Assembly: GCF_001194135.2 (NCBI RefSeq)
Contig: NC_068982.1
Span: forward strand, 148,953,493-148,988,593
Direction of reading: 5' to 3'
DNA length: 35,101 nt
Source: Octopus bimaculoides
Lineage: Eukaryota
In this document: positions 33,140-35,101 of the stretch, piece after piece
How positions within the stretch are numbered: position 1 is the stretch's first letter
How the letters are laid out: every line of letters starts with the position of its first letter
Translations under genes and position numbers: made by a program
Notes under the pieces: generated by a model
The model's database searches: none
Told to the model about the DNA's origin: nothing
Seen by the model: the letters and a program-made list of their open reading frames with translations, nothing else

Positions 33140-33460
33140 TAAACCTTTCCAGTATGACCTGGTAAAACTTTTCTGTTGTTGTTGGAATAAACCTTGCATT
33201 TTTGTAATAATCTCCCACTAATATAATTAGCAACTTTCTTTTTCAAAGACCATACATATTTGGTCGGTGTTATGATGTTCTGTTCCTTGTAGTTCCTGAA
33301 TGAAGCAGTGTGATTGCTTATGCAATCTTTTTGTAACAAACCTTCCATCATTCTAATGTAACATTTCAGACTGGATACTGTTCAGCTCTGGATCTGACTC
33401 CTGCCTCATATGCAATAGCCTCTATGTTGAGTGAGCCTGTAGTATTATTCCTAAATGCAC
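33140..33460 (-). mobile_element. Penelope-like GIY-YIG endonuclease fragment (degenerate)
   Basis: AIAYEAGV..KCYIRMMEG..ISNHTASFRNYKEQNIITPTKYVWSLKKKVANYISGRLLQKCKVYSNNNRK; homologous in motif order to 10358-10600. Confidence 0.75.
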
Positions 33461-33819
33461 AGAAATAATGTAGGTGAGTTCTGTGTTGAGCTTATAGAAG
33501 GGTTTACACAAATTCATGTCTAAATAAAGCATAAAATCAAAAAGATTGACGATGGATGAATTTGATTTTTATCGGGATACTAAGCCCAAGTTATCACCTC
33601 TACACTAAATATATTTTCCTCGGAAAATTTTCATAATTTTGTTATTTATATTCTTAACATACTTAGTTGATACAACTCACTTCTTCCACAGTCATTTTGC
33701 AGAAGATGTTTCAGATCTGAATAATCTTAGCAGGCATGCCTGGTAAAACTATTAGTTCTGTTTTGTAACTTGTTTTGTTCATATGGTTATTATATAAAAT
33801 TAATACACAGACACATGTA

Positions 33820-33863
33820 TATCTATATATGTATATGTATTTATATGTATATGTATTTATATG

Positions 33864-33895
<32 letters not shown>

Positions 33896-33921
33896 TGTAT
33901 TTGTGTATATGTATACGTATG

Positions 33922-33996
<75 letters not shown>
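33820..33996. repeat. (TATG)n(TA)n compound microsatellite
   Basis: Directly visible. Confidence 0.95.
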
Positions 33997-33999
<3 letters not shown>

Positions 34000-34302
34000 T
34001 AATAATGAAGTCAAACCAAATAGTGGTGTTTTGAAATCATTTAATACATACATTTCAGGTTTGCATAATATATAATAGGAAATGCACCCATTACACAAGC
34101 TTTCCTCTGTTAAGTCAATTCAAACATCACTATTTGTTTTGACTTTATTATTATGACTCAGTACCAATACAAACTAGCCAGTCTAGACTCCTCTTAAGCG
34201 GATACTCTAACAACAGTTTGGAGTAATTTGTTATATTTGACTTAAAGTACAAAATTCTGGTACTATGCTCTGCTTCTTAGCATAGCACAAATATATATAT
34301 AT

Positions 34303-35101
34303 ACTAGCAGAGCAACCCGGCGTTGCCCGGGAATGAAATTGTTGCTTATATACTGGAAGGAAAAAAGCAAAATATGCTGTATAGAAATCTGAGAACATTC
34401 TGTAGATGGACTCTCAGATGAATGATGACTGGGCACATCTCATGAATTGGAAAATTGAAGATGCGCCAAAACGCCTCATTGGTACTTGGAAACTTTTACG
34501 AAAATTAAAATGTGGCTTAAATGAAAAAAAATTATTTATGTGAATATCCTCACAAGAGTAATTGAAATAAATTGCGATTGTGGAACCCCTCACGCACGCA
34601 CGAAAGCACACACGCACTCACACGCACACACACAGGGTATCACACATCAGATGAAATGGAAGTGTGTGTGTGTGTGCGACAGAGAGAGAGAGAGAGAGGT
34701 TTGTTGTCATGTATACGTACATGCATAAATATGCATACATCTTTGTGTGTGCGTGCGTGTGTATGAGAAAGAGAGAGAGTAAATCTATACTATATATAAA
34801 ACAGAGATGTGTGTGTAATCGACTTCACCAAATGCTTCCATACTTGTGATGCGTGAATAATTTGACCTCGGATAAATGTTAGGCTCTTCATTTGATTTTT
34901 TTTATCTCTAATTAAAAATAAATAATATTGCTTTATATTTAAGATTCACTTCTTTAAAAAGGTTCCTCAATGTTAACTTCCGGTATTGACGTAACAACGG
35001 CAAAAAGCTTCACTCTCTATTTTGTGTGTGAGTGTGTGTGTGAGCGTGTATGAGAGAGAGAGAGAGTAAATACTACATACACACCGCTCTCTCACTCTGT
35101 C
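34303..35101 (+). mobile_element. Probable non-autonomous Helitron-like element terminus, running off the window
   Basis: Starts after (TA)n with ACTAGCAGAGCAACCCGGCGTTGCCCGGG (GC-rich hairpin), followed by microsatellite-rich non-coding body; resembles ACTAG..CCCGG termini of small animal Helitrons. The right end is not seen. Confidence 0.45.

Noticed and set aside
33692-33742. 51-nt phase-2 exon-like block [17 protein letters not shown]
   Set aside because: Isolated and short, no recognisable protein, and possibly SINE-derived; cannot be supported from sequence alone.

Overview
AT-rich, microsatellite-saturated eukaryotic DNA with three assembly gaps (N at 1619-1628, 26097-27035, 28077-28126). 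The repeat content (RTE LINEs with (GAT)n tails, tRNA-derived SINEs, Penelope fragments, long (TG)/(TATG)/(TA) arrays) suggests an octopus or other cephalopod genome; this is inference from recall, not a database match. I found no host protein-coding gene I can support. Most exon-like segments I examined fell within LINE, SINE or Penelope remnants, and the ORF track is largely microsatellite or TE translation. The window is intergenic or deep intronic and consists of nested mobile elements. These include RTE LINEs of several ages, three same-strand R4/Dong-like (restriction-like endonuclease) fragments among (CATA)n/(CA)n arrays, Penelope-like fragments with hammerhead-like cores, an internally deleted piggyBac interrupted by an RTE tail, and a probable non-autonomous Helitron-like end. 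The most interesting signals are RNA-structural or mechanistic: a candidate minimal hammerhead, a repeated two-hairpin module in the RTE 3' UTR with possible loop-loop pairing, two large inverted repeats, fold-back or antiparallel homology at RTE 5' junctions, and possible microsatellite targeting by the RLE family. I see no strong evidence for a wholly new system.
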